Made by a program: the position numbers and the translations under genes
Shown: positions 49,901-59,400 of the stretch, in pieces
How positions within the stretch are numbered: the stretch's first letter is position 1
Layout of the letters: every line of letters starts with the position of its first letter
NCBI GenBank assembly: GCA_044222185.1
Contig: JBGANV010000005.1
Span: 288,001-352,000, forward strand
Direction of reading: 5' to 3'
Length of the DNA stretch: 64,000 bases
From: Planctomycetota bacterium
Lineage (GTDB): Bacteria > Planctomycetota > GCA-002687715 > CAIWVZ01
The notes under the pieces: generated by a model
Seen by the model: the letters and a program-made list of their open reading frames with translations, nothing else
The model's database searches: none
Told to the model about the DNA's origin: nothing

Positions 49901-49915
49901 CTCGGCATCATCCAT
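37901..49915 (-). CDS. Three-module NRPS C-A-T-C-A-T-E-C-A-T-R (predicted Gly, D-Asn, Lys; terminal reductase)
   Basis: C motifs HHAVIDG, HHLVTDG, HHLILDG; E motif HHLVVDGVSW and EHHGRE; T motifs GGHSL, GADSI, GGHSL; R motifs TGATGFLG and YAQSK. Start MDDAERR overlaps the PKS2 stop. Confidence 0.93.
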   Translation of the reverse strand: MDDAERRIANLTPAQRAVLARRLHERATAAPDAAQPPSFAQERFWLLEQIEPRNPAHVLAVTTTIRGPLEVDRLVVALRGVVARHEALRTSLSFEGGVLRQVVEASVDVDLQTVTLAGSEDERVRRRRQLVDEMIARGFDLAKAPLLRFLLLRSDPQRHELVCVAHHAVIDGLSLRITFDEMWDAYASRGDTIAHPPAMTARALAVAERAHAAGGGFAAALSWWKARLDGLQPLDLVKLSIRAKPTAPEGSATRSERISRVTPARLREAAKAARASPFTVVYAVLQHWIHGHVGVADVAIGTPVSGRLADGTSRTVGALLNVVVLRATVDPSLRFSEHLACSASIVRDAFDHQELPFELLIEALSPERAVDRHPLVQVMLNYVDFAPPSRSVDGLVVEARRIPAGSAFDLVFEITAREEGLELAVEASRAFCREDLDRFLRRFDAMLERALADCDVRLSDLPSTDEAEAAELARFSRPTPCGVASGEFLPLRLARALRESPDRVAVEFDGAKIDHATLDRRADALTAALLAHSVARGESVGVLLEPCPDLVAAFLAIHRAHAAWVPLDPQWPEERLAHVLRDSAITVVITTAGRAGQESLTSRRPIVIGPGERLSAPDRPLPALSHAASDAAYLIYTSGSTGRPKAVVVTHGSVRAFFDAMAEVSGCPRGGRWLATTNPTFDIAVLDLLGPLLGGGTVVIASREDARDGTRLRRRIEQDRIDVMQATPSTWRSLLLAGWSGDRSLTALCGGEALQKDLARELVVRSRSSWNLYGPTEATIWSTIHRVTESDLRPDAPAVVSIGRPLAGTTVRVMDEAGRRAPIGVPGELWIGGPQVAAGYRGLAELTSRKFTVDRTAAEGDRVRFFRTGDRVAWRSDGSLDFFGRMDRQVKLRGHRIEPAEIEASLRAHPQVADAVAGLLAGEDPRLLAWVVSRDGDDSAVREDEILRWLTASLPPVMVPGRIVFMASIPLTSSGKVDVARLPPPPAAGAFATEAPIGELESTLAGWWKSVLPKDAVVARDADFFRLGGHSLGATRIKYLARERFGVDLPMRSFFAAPTVGALARLIEGLRDRTPTPRAADGSGGDLAIVPLTAAQRRLVFLDRLHPGSTTYGVQSVVRVRGVLDTSILHGAWDALVVRHDALRLRVEARDGEFAARIDASESCSWREAAIDPTQLDHEIAAEASRPFDLQSGPLLRVVCLRIAADDHVVVVTQHHLVTDGTSIGVLARELAALTAAMRAKQVPNLPPAPSFASFARHAMGADDADPAPWVGELAGAPLQLDLPLDRRRPAFQTDRGREIRVALGAVVAARLQEVAAELGATPFALGLAAFAVVMGRAAGVDDLVLGTSVSSRRPGDDDDLVGFCVDTLPLRLRPAPDRSFRDLVSEAMRVLAFAIDHRNVPFDRIVRAIEPPRDLTRTPIFQVAFEAWAAPLGALTIEGCEVCVLSPGRVPARFDLTVFVADDAAGTSTWVFNADLFDDDTIHAWQARWVHFIEAALAAPDRAVEDACHVGADEQRRLVGFSRGEEAPVSSETILDVIGRVCASRASAVAISSSQGDVTFDELWRRSGALARRLGEAGVCRGDRVLVDLPRSVECVIAVLAAMRAGAAFVPLDPSYPQERRSRIANASGPRAVIGSDPATCAEFALGAFAGVHGVGEPITDLGAPLPAVAPDDAAYVMFTSGSTGRPKGVVVGHRGLLRYVENASRLYGGADGVGAPLVTSLGFDLTITSLFVPLVCGRTVFVVDGEGIEPLIVSMRRHRDLSFVKLTPSHLDALAAIRGIEDCRHWTRVLVVGGEALPHASAISWMDATGARVFNEYGPTEAVVGCLAHEVSRGDCAPDGTVPIGRPMRGVSAWVLDDDRHLAPMGVAGELWIGGAGLSEGYLHAQPSEADRFVPDPFTTARDARLYRTGDVCRWRRDGSLLFLGRRDEQVKLRGHRIELGEVEAAIRDATGASGCAVAVARPPNGEAQLVAWVTRGDGLDAAAIQDRLRRLLPPVALPRRVVHVDTLPLTAHGKVDRARIERETSMDLAGGVVGDGVEPRTPREAQLARIVGAVLGRARVGVTDDLFAIGADSISSLRIVSRARAEGIALGTRDVFEHPTVAGLARLSLAAREETPSPKIRDVRPGENVPLTPIQRWFFAQGFAEPNQWNQVVGLEVPFDSRSGRWRDALGRLVQRHPQLRARFRRRGGEVTQSFVDRDAPAWSDLGSLQGGVESVVGVVQTAVDAAHASLDVENGPLLHAIWFRAVDLRMCGLVCIAHHLVVDGVSWRLLLDELVTDVRGESPDIRALDAGGPATHAEHARRLAERAEPSTAVAPASRVLDLPRAIPVRIDVPADVASVLRGAGRAASHASIEEVILAAVVHALASADPTSTVSVDVEHHGREGTGLDLSHVVGWLTDVHRISVTGVSSASAALRAVKSALRAARGAGRGLASTGVLAGAPARILFNDLGEVAPPAGDVKELSLVGLDLGRVARGPTNRPTHPLEVNVWRTARELRLDCGVSDPSSMVAFREHVLASLRELAEVAATRPKDCLVPADFTLARLTEDELRVVCERAPDLTDVLPLTSTQQGMYFHALLEPESRAYFQQLASVLEGPLDAGAFRASFEHVASLHEMLRASVIADGLAEPRLLIRRTPDVPWVELDWRGEAHWESRLDAFLEEDRRRGFVLDGAPLLRCALIRSSEVRHVLVFTWHHLILDGWSMPILLRDVVRTYDGRRLARAPRPTPMRRVRDYIAWLGRQDSARAHDFWRSRFDGFEPPPRLPAGAPADASRGVVERTMRLDRDATRSLERLAQEVRATPASVVLAAWARVLAAWTGCRDVLFGATVSGRSPEVEGFDERVGLFINTRLVRVRIDADEPAGSWIRAVHDEQVEAGPFDWTPMSDVQRAAGMPLGRAPFDSLVVIENYPIDRAAGTTPEGISVLRTIAREQTSYPVTFVAVPGEAWELRVQFDPARVDGRIGDGVLEQVEEVLRAFAADPARRVGSIGVLTGDGLSRWRALADGGPALPGENLVTAVMRRCSRAPDATIVEDRGSRTSGRAFLARVDEITRLIEVASPEPGPVAVTLGRSADFAAAMLAVWQVGRVAVPLDPSWPLARQQVLLARLAPALILAPRASRGAIGGEFRVAYLDAPPGASVVRAVPRATDGLTEPACIYFTSGTTGEPKGVELTHAGLASYVATARASFALEGGDRVLQFASTGFDASAEEIWCTLVAGATLVIRDDGWPLDPCEFWIRVAAERITVLDLPTSYWHELVRALPLGDCSVPDSVRLVILGGEAASPQAVRAWRDVVGSRVRLVNTYGPTEGTIVATLSDLTAGPHVPDDAIPIGRPLPGVRAWVLDDVGSPAPVGAVGELYLGGRGVARGYWNDPAATATSFVADTFIGEPGARAYETGDRVRWRPDGQLEWLGRIDDQVKIRGHRVEPREVEALLRTDPSIADAVVVAVASAEREVSLRACCIVREGVPATPDGIRGRLSAQLPAASVPAEVLVLDAFPITVTGKIDRRALARAPSALSRSTHDDGSLSEVERTVARAFSRALGCALPARHESFFSLGGHSLAALRVVAALREATGSRVLLRQLFDHPTVSGLASLLERGVTGTPVAPTPGVDLRAAVVLPDDVVAAPPRTDAGPRLMFPFVTGATGFLGAFVLRELLEATTARVACLVRAASQADGLARLHAAFARFALDCSGLEERVDVVVGRLDEPRFGLDERHHERLSTDCDAIIHAGGSTSFAAPYAVLAPTNVGGTIEVLRFASRVRAKPLHHVSSIGVFDCPSRRGTRVDEGATLSDAVDVTGSYAQSKWVAEELVRAAGMRGLPVTIHRVGRLTGSSRTGACNREDFVNRLFAACVELGCTPEVPADVDLTPVDFVAKAIVRIAGEGSGSSGPWHLMNPATVSTNAIVAELAAMGVVLRAVPLDVWRRRLRERAAADEASDLHSVLAVLEEADGGDATADAPVVTCPRTTAELSRLGIRCPPPDASLLATYWRFFERSADLRRGGR

Positions 49916-52900
49916 CGTCGGGTGGCGATTCGAGGAGTCGCCGCGCCTCGGCGTCGGTGAGGTTCTCGATCTCGCGAAGCAGCGCGTCATCGACCGTGGC
50001 CGGCAACGGCTGCGGCGCTCGAAGATTGGACAGCACGGCGTCGGACAGGCCCGCGATCGTGCGGTCGCCTGCGACGTCCGAGAGGGCGACGGACGCGCCG
50101 ATCGCCGAGCGGATGCGGTTCCGCAGCTCGACGGCGAGGAGGGAATCCAGCCCCAACTCACCCAGCGCCTGCTCGGGTCGGAGCGCGTGGGCCGGCGCGC
50201 GCAACACGTCGGCGACGAGTTCGCGGACACGCCCGCCCACGCGGACGCTCCGCGTGGCGTCAGGCAACCGCTCGATCTCGGCGAGGAAGTCCGCGGAGAC
50301 GTCCGTCGGGCGCGTGGCCGCGGACGGCGTGCACAGCCGGCGCAGGACGGGCATCCGCGCAGCGGACTGCCAGGAGCGCGCGAGCCGCGTCCAATCCACG
50401 CTCGTCACGGCGGCCTGCGGCAGGTCGAGTGCCAGAACGCGGTCGAGGGCGGCGCACATCTCCGCCGGATCTAGCGGTCGGATCCCCGAGTCCGAGAAAC
50501 GCTGTTTCGCCGCCAGGCTTCGCCCCGCCATTCCGCCACCGGCCCACGGGCCGAAGTCGACGACGACGCTGCGCAACCCCACGGAGCGCCGCGCGTGGAC
50601 GACCGCATGCATGAACGCGTTCGCGGCCGCGTAGTTGGCCTGCCCGGGGCTCCCGAGAAGGGCCGCCGTCGACGACACGCAGAGAAACATCCGGACGCCG
50701 GAGTCGGCTGCGTTCTCGTGAAGATTCCACGTGCCGGCCACCTTCGGCGCGAGTACCCGCTCGAATCGCTTCCAGGTCTGTTCACCGATCACGCCGTCGT
50801 CGAGGACTCCCGCGGCATGCACGACACCAGTGATGGCCCCCATCGCGGATCGAACCCATTCGAACAACGCGCGCACGGCCGCCGCATCCACCACGTCCGC
50901 CTGCCGGACCTCGACGCGGACTCCGCGGCCACGGAGCTCGGTCACGCGAACCTCGGCATCCGGCGCGAGCTTCGAGCGAGCGACGAGGACGAGCCGCTTG
51001 ACTCCCTGCGCGGCCAGGTGATCGGCCAGGTGCAGGCCCACCGCTCCAGTCCCGCCGGTGACGATCACGGGCCCGCGCCCGAACGGCCCGTCGTCGTCGT
51101 CGGCGCGTTCCGTCAGCCGATCCAACCGCGGCCCGAAGCGCTTCGTGCCCCGGATCGCCACCTCCGACTCCTGGCCGGAAGCGACGATCTCGTCCAGCAG
51201 CGCCGGCGTCGTGACGACGTCCACGTCCACGAGCCGGCAGTCGATCGTCGGGTACTCGGCGGCGGTCACCCGGCCCAGGCCCCAAGCCGTGGATCCCGCG
51301 ACGTCGATGCGATCACCGGCATCCGCGGCGACGGCCCGGTGCGTCACGAGGACCAGCCGGATTCCCTCGCCGCCGTCGGCGAGCTGTCGCATCACGGCGA
51401 GGAGGTCGCCGCAGATCAGGCTCTGCCGATCCATGTGCGCGTCGGCATCGACGCCCGTCGGCCCGTCGAGCGCCGAGCAGAACACGACGCCACGCACGGG
51501 AGCCTTGGGCCAGGGATCGCCGGCGGCGACGCGGACGGCTCTCGCGCCGCGTGCTCGCAGCCCGTCGGCGATGATCGCGCCTTCGTCCCCCATCCCACCG
51601 GCGACGACCCACAGGCCGTTCGCGGAGCCGCGTGTCACTGGCGGGAGGATCTCCCAACGCAACGTGTAGACGTGGTCCGACGGCGTGGCGGACGGCGCGT
51701 GGCGCGGCTTCACCACAGACGGCGCGAGGTCGAGCCAACACCGTTGGCGATCGAAGGGGTGATGCGGAAGCGAGACGACTCGGCCGCCGCCGCGCGGTGC
51801 GTCCGCAAGCGCAGGTGGCGGGAACTCGCCCCCCAGGGCGAGCGCCCGGAGCTTCGCGACCAGGTCCGATCGATCGACGACGGCGACGTCGACCCTCGCC
51901 TTGAACGCACCGGATCGGCGGCGCGCCGACGTGCACGCATCCGCCGTCGAGACGCCCGGGCTCGCCGTCAAATGGTCGGCGATCGCGCCGCACCAGCGCC
52001 GCAGTGCTTCGGGCGTGCGGGCCGCAAGCGTGAACACGTCCGGACCGTCAGCGGCGCCATCGACGTGCGCCGTCGCCGCTTCGCGCAGGACCACGTGGAC
52101 GTTCGTGCCCGAGAAGCTGAACGCGCAGACGCCGGCATGGCGCAGGCCCGGCGGTGCCTTCCACGGCTCGAGTGTCGCGGGCACGCGAAGCGGAAGCTCG
52201 TTCCAGTCGACGTGCGCCGTTGGCCTGGCGCAGTGGAGATGCGGCGCGATCTGCCGCTGCTCGAGTTGGAGCACGACCTTGATCAGGCCTGCGATCCCGG
52301 CGGCCGACTCGAGGTGGCCGACGTTCGTCTTGATGGATCCCACGACGACGCGGTCGGCCGGCGCACGCCCGCCGAAGACCTGGCCAAGCGCATTCAGCTC
52401 GATCGGGTCGCCGAGCGCCGTGCCCGTGCCGTGCGCCTCCACGTAGCTGATCCTCTCGGGTGGAACGTCTGCCGCGGCCAACGCCAGACGGATCACTTCG
52501 GCCTGCGCGGGTCCGCTCGGGACCGTGAGGCCGCTGCTCGCGCCGTCCTGGTTCGTCGCCGATCCCACGATCTCCGCGCGGATCCGATCGCCACCGGCAC
52601 GCGCATCCACCGCGCGGCGGAGCACGACGACGCCGCAACCCTCTCCCCGACCGTATCCGTCCGCATCCGCGGAGAAGGCCTTCGATCGGCCGTCCGGCGA
52701 GAGCATCTGCGCTTGCGAGAACACCAGGCTGGAAATGGGCGATGCGATGACGTTCGCCCCTCCGGCGATGGCGAGTTCGCATTCACCGCGTCGCAGGCTC
52801 TCACACGCGAGGTGAACGGCGAGGAGCGCGGACGAACACGCCGTGTCGACGGAGAGACACGGCCCCGTGAGTCCCAGCGTGAACGCGATCCGCCCCGAGG

Positions 52901-53462
52901 CCGCGCTGTGCGCGGTCCCCGTTCCCGAGAACCCCGAGATGCGTTCCTTGGGCAAGTGATCGATGATCAGGTTGGCGTAGTCGTGCGTGCTGATGCCGAC
53001 GAACACGCCGACCTTCCGGCCGCGCAGCGCCGTGGGGGCGATTCCTGCGTCCTCGATCGCCTCCCAGGACGCTTCGAGCAGAAGCCGCTGCTGCGGGTCG
53101 ATCCACGCGGCCTCGCGCGGCGAGATGCCGAAGAAGAGCGGATCGAACTGATCGATGGTCGAAAGGAACGCGCCGCGGCGAGTCGCGATGCGGCCGGGAG
53201 CCGCGGGATCGGGGTCGAAGTGAGCGTCCGGATCCCAACGATCGGAGGGGACGTCGCTCGTGGCGTCCCGGCCCGCGCGGAGGAGTTCCCAGCATGCTTC
53301 CGGGTCGCCGACGCCCCCGGGAAGGCGGCACGCCATGCCGACCACGGCGACGGGCGCGTGCGCGGCCGATTCCAACTCGCGAATGCGGCGCTCGGCGTCC
53401 TTCAGACGCTGGAGCGCACGCGTCATGAGTTCGCGAACGTCGTCGGGCGGGGTCGAGTTCAC
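49908..53462 (-). CDS. Type I PKS module KS-KR-ACP lacking an AT domain
   Basis: DTACSS, HGTGT, KTNVGHLE; no GHSxG; KR TGGTGAVG, VLDD, GQANYAAAN; ACP LGLDSL. GTG start overlaps the PKS1 stop (GTGA). Confidence 0.9.
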   Translation of the reverse strand: MNSTPPDDVRELMTRALQRLKDAERRIRELESAAHAPVAVVGMACRLPGGVGDPEACWELLRAGRDATSDVPSDRWDPDAHFDPDPAAPGRIATRRGAFLSTIDQFDPLFFGISPREAAWIDPQQRLLLEASWEAIEDAGIAPTALRGRKVGVFVGISTHDYANLIIDHLPKERISGFSGTGTAHSAASGRIAFTLGLTGPCLSVDTACSSALLAVHLACESLRRGECELAIAGGANVIASPISSLVFSQAQMLSPDGRSKAFSADADGYGRGEGCGVVVLRRAVDARAGGDRIRAEIVGSATNQDGASSGLTVPSGPAQAEVIRLALAAADVPPERISYVEAHGTGTALGDPIELNALGQVFGGRAPADRVVVGSIKTNVGHLESAAGIAGLIKVVLQLEQRQIAPHLHCARPTAHVDWNELPLRVPATLEPWKAPPGLRHAGVCAFSFSGTNVHVVLREAATAHVDGAADGPDVFTLAARTPEALRRWCGAIADHLTASPGVSTADACTSARRRSGAFKARVDVAVVDRSDLVAKLRALALGGEFPPPALADAPRGGGRVVSLPHHPFDRQRCWLDLAPSVVKPRHAPSATPSDHVYTLRWEILPPVTRGSANGLWVVAGGMGDEGAIIADGLRARGARAVRVAAGDPWPKAPVRGVVFCSALDGPTGVDADAHMDRQSLICGDLLAVMRQLADGGEGIRLVLVTHRAVAADAGDRIDVAGSTAWGLGRVTAAEYPTIDCRLVDVDVVTTPALLDEIVASGQESEVAIRGTKRFGPRLDRLTERADDDDGPFGRGPVIVTGGTGAVGLHLADHLAAQGVKRLVLVARSKLAPDAEVRVTELRGRGVRVEVRQADVVDAAAVRALFEWVRSAMGAITGVVHAAGVLDDGVIGEQTWKRFERVLAPKVAGTWNLHENAADSGVRMFLCVSSTAALLGSPGQANYAAANAFMHAVVHARRSVGLRSVVVDFGPWAGGGMAGRSLAAKQRFSDSGIRPLDPAEMCAALDRVLALDLPQAAVTSVDWTRLARSWQSAARMPVLRRLCTPSAATRPTDVSADFLAEIERLPDATRSVRVGGRVRELVADVLRAPAHALRPEQALGELGLDSLLAVELRNRIRSAIGASVALSDVAGDRTIAGLSDAVLSNLRAPQPLPATVDDALLREIENLTDAEARRLLESPPDDG

Positions 53463-56400
53463 GCAGGGCCTCCGGAGCGCGGCGCCGAGCCGCGATCGAG
53501 GAGAGCTTCTACCGCCGCCACCTGTGCGCGCAACGCGGCAGCGAGGTCGTCGATCGACGTGGACGCCGCGGGCGGCATCTCCGCCGGCTGCGCCACGGGG
53601 CGCGTCGCCGGAGCCGCCTGATCGATCCTGCGTTCGATGGCCTCGAGCAGGGACTCGACGTCCGGGTGGTCGAACAACAGCGTCGTTGCCAGGCGACAGC
53701 GCAGTTGGGATTCCAGCCGGTTGCGGAATTCGACGGCGAGAAGTGAGTCCACGCCCAGGTCCGCGAAACGCCGCGTGGGATCCAGCTCCAGCGGTTTCTG
53801 GAAACCGAGCACGCGACCGAGTTGCTCTCCGACGAAGCGATGGAGCAGTCGTCGACGATCGTCGCCGACGGCCGCGAGGACCTGCGCACCGAGCCCGTCG
53901 GCCGCAGGCGAGCCGCCCGCAGGCGCTCGCTCGCCGGCGACGGCGCCGTCGACGACCTCCAGGAGCGGCAGGATCGCGGGAGGCGCCGCGGAGCGCAGCC
54001 GGGTCCAATCGACGTCGAGCACGGCCACGTTCGCGGCATCGCCACCGATCACTCGAGCCATGGCGTCGAACGCCGCGGACGCGTCCAGCATCCCGATGCC
54101 GCTCGCCGAGAACCGGGCCCGGTTGCGATCGGCGACCGCGCTCGCCATTCCGCCGCCGCCGATGGGGCCGAACGCGACGGCCGTCGCCGGAAGCCCCGCG
54201 GTTGCGAACGCGGACGCCAGCGCATCGGCGGCAGTGTTCGCGCAGGCGTACGGCGCCTGGCCGGCCGAACCCAGGAGCCCGGACTGAGACGTGAAGACCA
54301 CGAGCGACTCCACCGGCTCGCCGCGAAGCGCGTCGCGCAGGTTCCAGAACCCGTCGATCTTCGAGGCGAGAACGGGGGGGAACCGCTCCGGGTCGAGCCC
54401 GACCAGCATGCCGTCGTCGACGACGCCGGCGAGGTGGAATGCGCCGACGATGGGGACGTCGCCCTTCAGCGCCGACATCTCCGTGATGAGTTTGCGGCGG
54501 TCGGCCACGTCGGCGACGACGACACGAACGACGACACCGCGGGCCCCGAGCGCGTCGATGAGAGCGCGGACCTCCGGCGCGGGTTCGCGACGCGCCACCA
54601 GCACGAGGCTCCGTGCGCCGCGATCGGCGAGCCACGTTGCGAGGCGCAGCCCCAGGCTGCCCGTCCCGCCGGTGATGACGTAGGCGCCGTCCGAACGTAC
54701 ATCACGCAGAGCGCCGGGCGACGACCCGGTCCGTTCGTCGAGCCGCAAGACCACCTTGCCCACCGAGCGACCGTGGGCAAACGCGCGCAGCACCTTCGGA
54801 GCGAGCGTCACGTCGCAAACCGTCACGCGCGGCGGAGCCCACTCTCCCCTCGCGAACCGATCGAGGAGCCGTTCGAGACGACGGCGCTGGAGGGCCGGAT
54901 CGCCCGCCGCGGCCTCCGCCTGCTCGACCACGTGGTAGGCGACGTCCGGGCGGACCTGCCTGGCCTTCTCGGGGCTCCAGATTCCGAGCTTGCCGATCTC
55001 GATGAACCGGCCCCGCGGTGCGAGGCAACGGAAGCTCGCATCGATCGCGTCCCCCGCGAGGCAGTTGAGCACGACGTTCACGCCGCGTCCGCCAGTGGCG
55101 GTGAGGATCCTCTGGCGGAAGGTCGTGTCGCGCGACGAGTAGACGTGTTCGATTCCCTGGCGGCGGAGAAGCGGGACCTTCGCCGCCGACGCCGTCGCGA
55201 GGACGATCGCGCCCGCGCGGCGCGCGACGGCGATGGCCGCCTGCCCGACGCCGCCGGCCGCCGCGTGGATCAAGACGGTCTCGCCCGATTTCAGCTGCGC
55301 CAACTCTTCCAACGCCACGACGGCCGTGAGGTACGTGGTCGGGATCGCCGCCGCGTCGGTGAACGACAACGCACCCGGAAGCGCGAACACCTGCGAACGG
55401 TCGACCGTCACTTCCGACGCCAGACATCCGACCGTCGACACCAGCACCCGGTCGCCGATCGCAACACCTGCGCATCCCGCGCCAACCTCGCTCACGACGC
55501 CCGCGGCCTCGTAACCAAGCGGTGCGCCCTCGGCTGACGCGATCCCGAGGGTTTCGTGGAATGGTCGCATGGACCCCAGCACCGTGAGGCCGTCGCGGAA
55601 GTTCAGACCAGCGGCCGCAAGCGTCACTCGGACCTCGCCGTCCCGCGGCGCTCGTCTGGGGACCGGCGCGAGGTGGAGGCCGTCGAAGTCACCGTAGGAC
55701 GAAAGTTGCAACCGCCATGGGCCGTCCGGCCGCTGGAGGCGGTCTCGGCCGGCCTTGGGAGCGCGCTCGAGACGAGGCGCGAAGCGCAGCCCGGCCCGAC
55801 GCGCGATCTGGCATCCGTCATCGGAGGCCAGCGCCTCGCGCAGCACGAGGCCAGCTTCGTCCTGTTCGACGAACGGATCCAGGTCCAGATGAAGGGGGAC
55901 GAGGTCCGGGTGCTCGTGGGCGACGACCGTCGTGAATCCCGCGAAGAGCGCGCCCTCGGGATCGACGACGGGCGTCACGTCGTCGACGGCCCTGGTGCCG
56001 CGTGTGACGAAGATCAGTCGTGCCGCGTCAGACCCCAGACGTGCGAGGGCACGCGTGGCGAGGGTCGCGATCGTGCAGAGCTCGCGACGGCGCGACGCAT
56101 CCGGCGCAGCGAAGGCGAACCCGCCGCCGTCGAGGCCCCGCAGGATCACGGCGCGCGCTCGCGGCGCCTGGATCGCGGCGAATTCTCCGATTGCCGAACC
56201 GATCCGCTCGAGATTCGCGCCCGCCGCGACCTCCGTGACGGCGGCGCCCCGCTCCCGTAGTTGCGTCGAAAGCCTGGTGCCCAGCCCGCTCGCATCGTCG
56301 ATCACGAGCCAGCTCTCGCCGTCGAGCTTCGCTTCGCCCGTCACCGCGGCGACTTCGTGCCAGCGGGTGAAGCGGACGAGATCCGTGTTTGCGGTCGCCG

Positions 56401-59400
56401 GCGGCTGGAAGCGCTCGCGCACCGCCGGCCGAAGCTTCAAGCCCGTCAGGGTGACGTCGCCGGAGCCGTCGCCCGCGACGAATGCGACGCGCGCCACGCG
56501 CACCGCCGAGTGAACCGTCGCCGAGTCCATGTCGACGCGGACGCGTGCACGCGATCCGAGATTGCCCCGCACCACGATGCTTCCGATCGAGATCGGCAGC
56601 CACGGCTGGGTCTCCTCCAGGCCCAACGCCGCGACGACGGTCTGCAAGCCGCCGTCCACGAGCGCCGGGTGAGCCGAAAACCCCGCCGGCGAGCCCGCCT
56701 CCGCGGGGAGTTCGAGGCGCGCATCGGAGGCATGCTGCGCCGTCGCGAGCTCGCGCACGGATCGGAAGGCCGGCCCGTACTCCAGTCCACGCGCCAGGAG
56801 CTCCCGGTCGAACGCCTCGAGATCACACGGAACGGCGTCCGTCAGACCGGTGAGTTCGGCGGTCCCCGCACCCACCGAACGGCTGATGCGTGCGCGCACG
56901 TGCGTCGTCCACGGCGATGGCTCGGAGCCTCCGATCGGCTGCGAGACGACGGCGACCTCGCGCTCGCCGCTCTCGAGGCGCCGCACGACGGTCTGTATCG
57001 TCGATTCGCCAGCGAGCCGAAGGGGTGCCTCGATGTTGAAGTCCTCGAGAACCACGTCGCCGGCACCATCGGTGCGACGCACGGCGGAGACGCACAGCTC
57101 GATGAATCCCGCGGCCGGAAACACCACCGCGCCGAAGACCCGGTGGTCGGCGAGCCAGCGCGGGCTCTCCCGCGAGACCGTGGTCGTGAACACGCGAACG
57201 TTCGCATCGATGGCGACGGATCGGATCTCGGTCCCGAGCAGATCCGCGGTCGCATCGGCCGCGGCGCCGCGAAGGGTCTGCCGTGGCGGGAACCAGAACC
57301 TCTCGCGCGCGAAGGGCGTCGTCGGCAGTGCGACGCGATGCCGCACCGGATCCCGGGCAACGCGCGCCCAGTCGACGGGCGCGCCTGCGAGGAACAGCCG
57401 CGCGCACGCATCCGCGACGTCGCCGCGATCGTCACCGGCGGTGCGGAGAGGCGAGATCCATCGGATGTGCGCGCCGCCGAGAAATGCCTTCGCCATGGAC
57501 GTGAGCGTGGGCTTCGGCCCGATCTCGACGGCCACCGTGGCACCCATCTCGGCCACCCGCTGCATGGCAGCATGGAAGCGCACGGCCGAACGGAGCTGCT
57601 CGAGCCAGTACTCGGGTGTCGCGAAGACCGACGCATCGGCGTCTGGCGCGGCGGTCGAGACGATGGGCGTCGTCGCGCGGCCAAACGAGACGGCTGACAG
57701 CTCGCGCCGGAACGGTTCGATCACCGGATCCATCAGCGGCGAGTGGAACGCATGCGAGACGTCGAGGCGGCGATTGGGCAGCCGGCGACGATCGAGCTCG
57801 AGAACGATCCGGTCGATCGCCTCGAGGCTTCCCGATACGACGACCGAGCGCGGGCCGTTCATCGCGGCGACGGCGGCGCGGTCGCGAAGCGGCTGAACGA
57901 GCGGGGCGACGTCCTCCAGGGCGGCCGACACGGCAACCATGGCGCCTTCAGGCGACAGCTGACGCATCAAGCGGCCACGCGCCGCCGCGAGTCGCAGCGC
58001 ATCCTCGATCGTGAAGACGCCGGCCCGCGCCGCCGCGGCGAATTCGCCGATGCTGTGCCCGAGCATCACCGAGGGCTCGATGCCGAAGCTCGCCAGCAGC
58101 TCGGCGAGTGACCACTCGAACGCGACGAGCGCCGGCTGGGTGATCTCGGTCGCGGATAGCTGGTCAGACCGGGCTCCCCACAGGAAATCCGTGAGTGGCG
58201 CCGGGATCTCGTTTCGAAGGATCCGGCTGCACCGCTCGATCGCGTCGCGAAACACCTCGAACGTTCGGTGAAGTTCGCGACCCATGGACGCGTACTGCGA
58301 CCCCTGCCCGGTGAAGAGCCATGCGACCTTGGGTGGCGTCGATGCCACGCACGCAGCGTCGTCGGATCCGGACGTGGAAGCCAGAGCCTGCATGAACGTC
58401 TGCAGATCGTGCTGGGACCGGACGACTCGCGCCGCTCGCACCGGCTGCGGGGCACGGCCTGCCGCGAGCGTGAAGCACGTCGCGCCGACGTCCACCGGGC
58501 CGCGACTCACGACTTCCAGGAGGTTCGATGCGGTGGTGCGGAGTCGATCGCGCGTGGGGGCGGAGACGACGGCGACGAACGGTCCCGCGTCGTCCGCCAC
58601 GGGCTGAGCCGCGGCGTCTGCCGGGGACTCACCGATGACGATGTGACAGTTCGTTCCGCTGAAACCGAACGAGCTGATGCCGGCGACGCGCGGCCCGCCG
58701 GACCCGGGCCAGGCGACTGTGGCGCGCGGGATCGCGATCGGCATGCGCGACCAGGCGATGTGCGGGCTGGGCTCTTCGCAATGGAGGTGCCCCGGGATGA
58801 CGCCATTTCCCACGACCTGGACCGCGCGTATGAACCCGGCGATCCCGGCGGCGGTCTCCAGGTGGCCCAGGTTCGTCTTCACGGACGCGACGAGGAGCGG
58901 CCGCCCCGGCGGGCGCGAATCCGAGAACACGGCGTCGAGCGCGTTGATCTCGATGGGATCGCCGAGCGCCGTCCCCGTGCCGTGGGCCTCGATGAATCCT
59001 ACGGCCGCCGGTGTCAGGCGCGCGTCCTCGAGGGCGGCGCGAATCAACCGTTCCTGGGCGATGCCGTTGGGCATCGTGAGTCCGCCGCTCGCTCCGTCCT
59101 GGTTGACGGCGGAACCGAGGATGACCGCGAGGACCGAATCGCCGTCGCGCCGCGCATCCGACAGGCGCTTCAAGTACACGAGGCCGCAGCCCTCGCCGCG
59201 ACCGTAGCCGTCGGCCGCGGCCGAAAACGTCTTGCACCGCCCGTCGGGCGCGAGCATGTTCGCTTGTGAAAGTGCGATCGACGACAGCGGGTCGAGCATC
59301 AAGCTGACGCCGCCCGCGAGCGCCGCGCGGCACTCGCCGGCGCGCAGGCTCCGCACCGCGAGATGGATGGCGACGAGTGAGCTCGAGCACGCGGTGTCGA

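Noticed and set aside
39944-53621. Long + strand ORFs 39944..42955, 45368..49252 and 50595..53621
   Set aside because: Antisense shadows of the GC-rich NRPS/PKS genes, with Arg/Ala-rich translations and no motifs.
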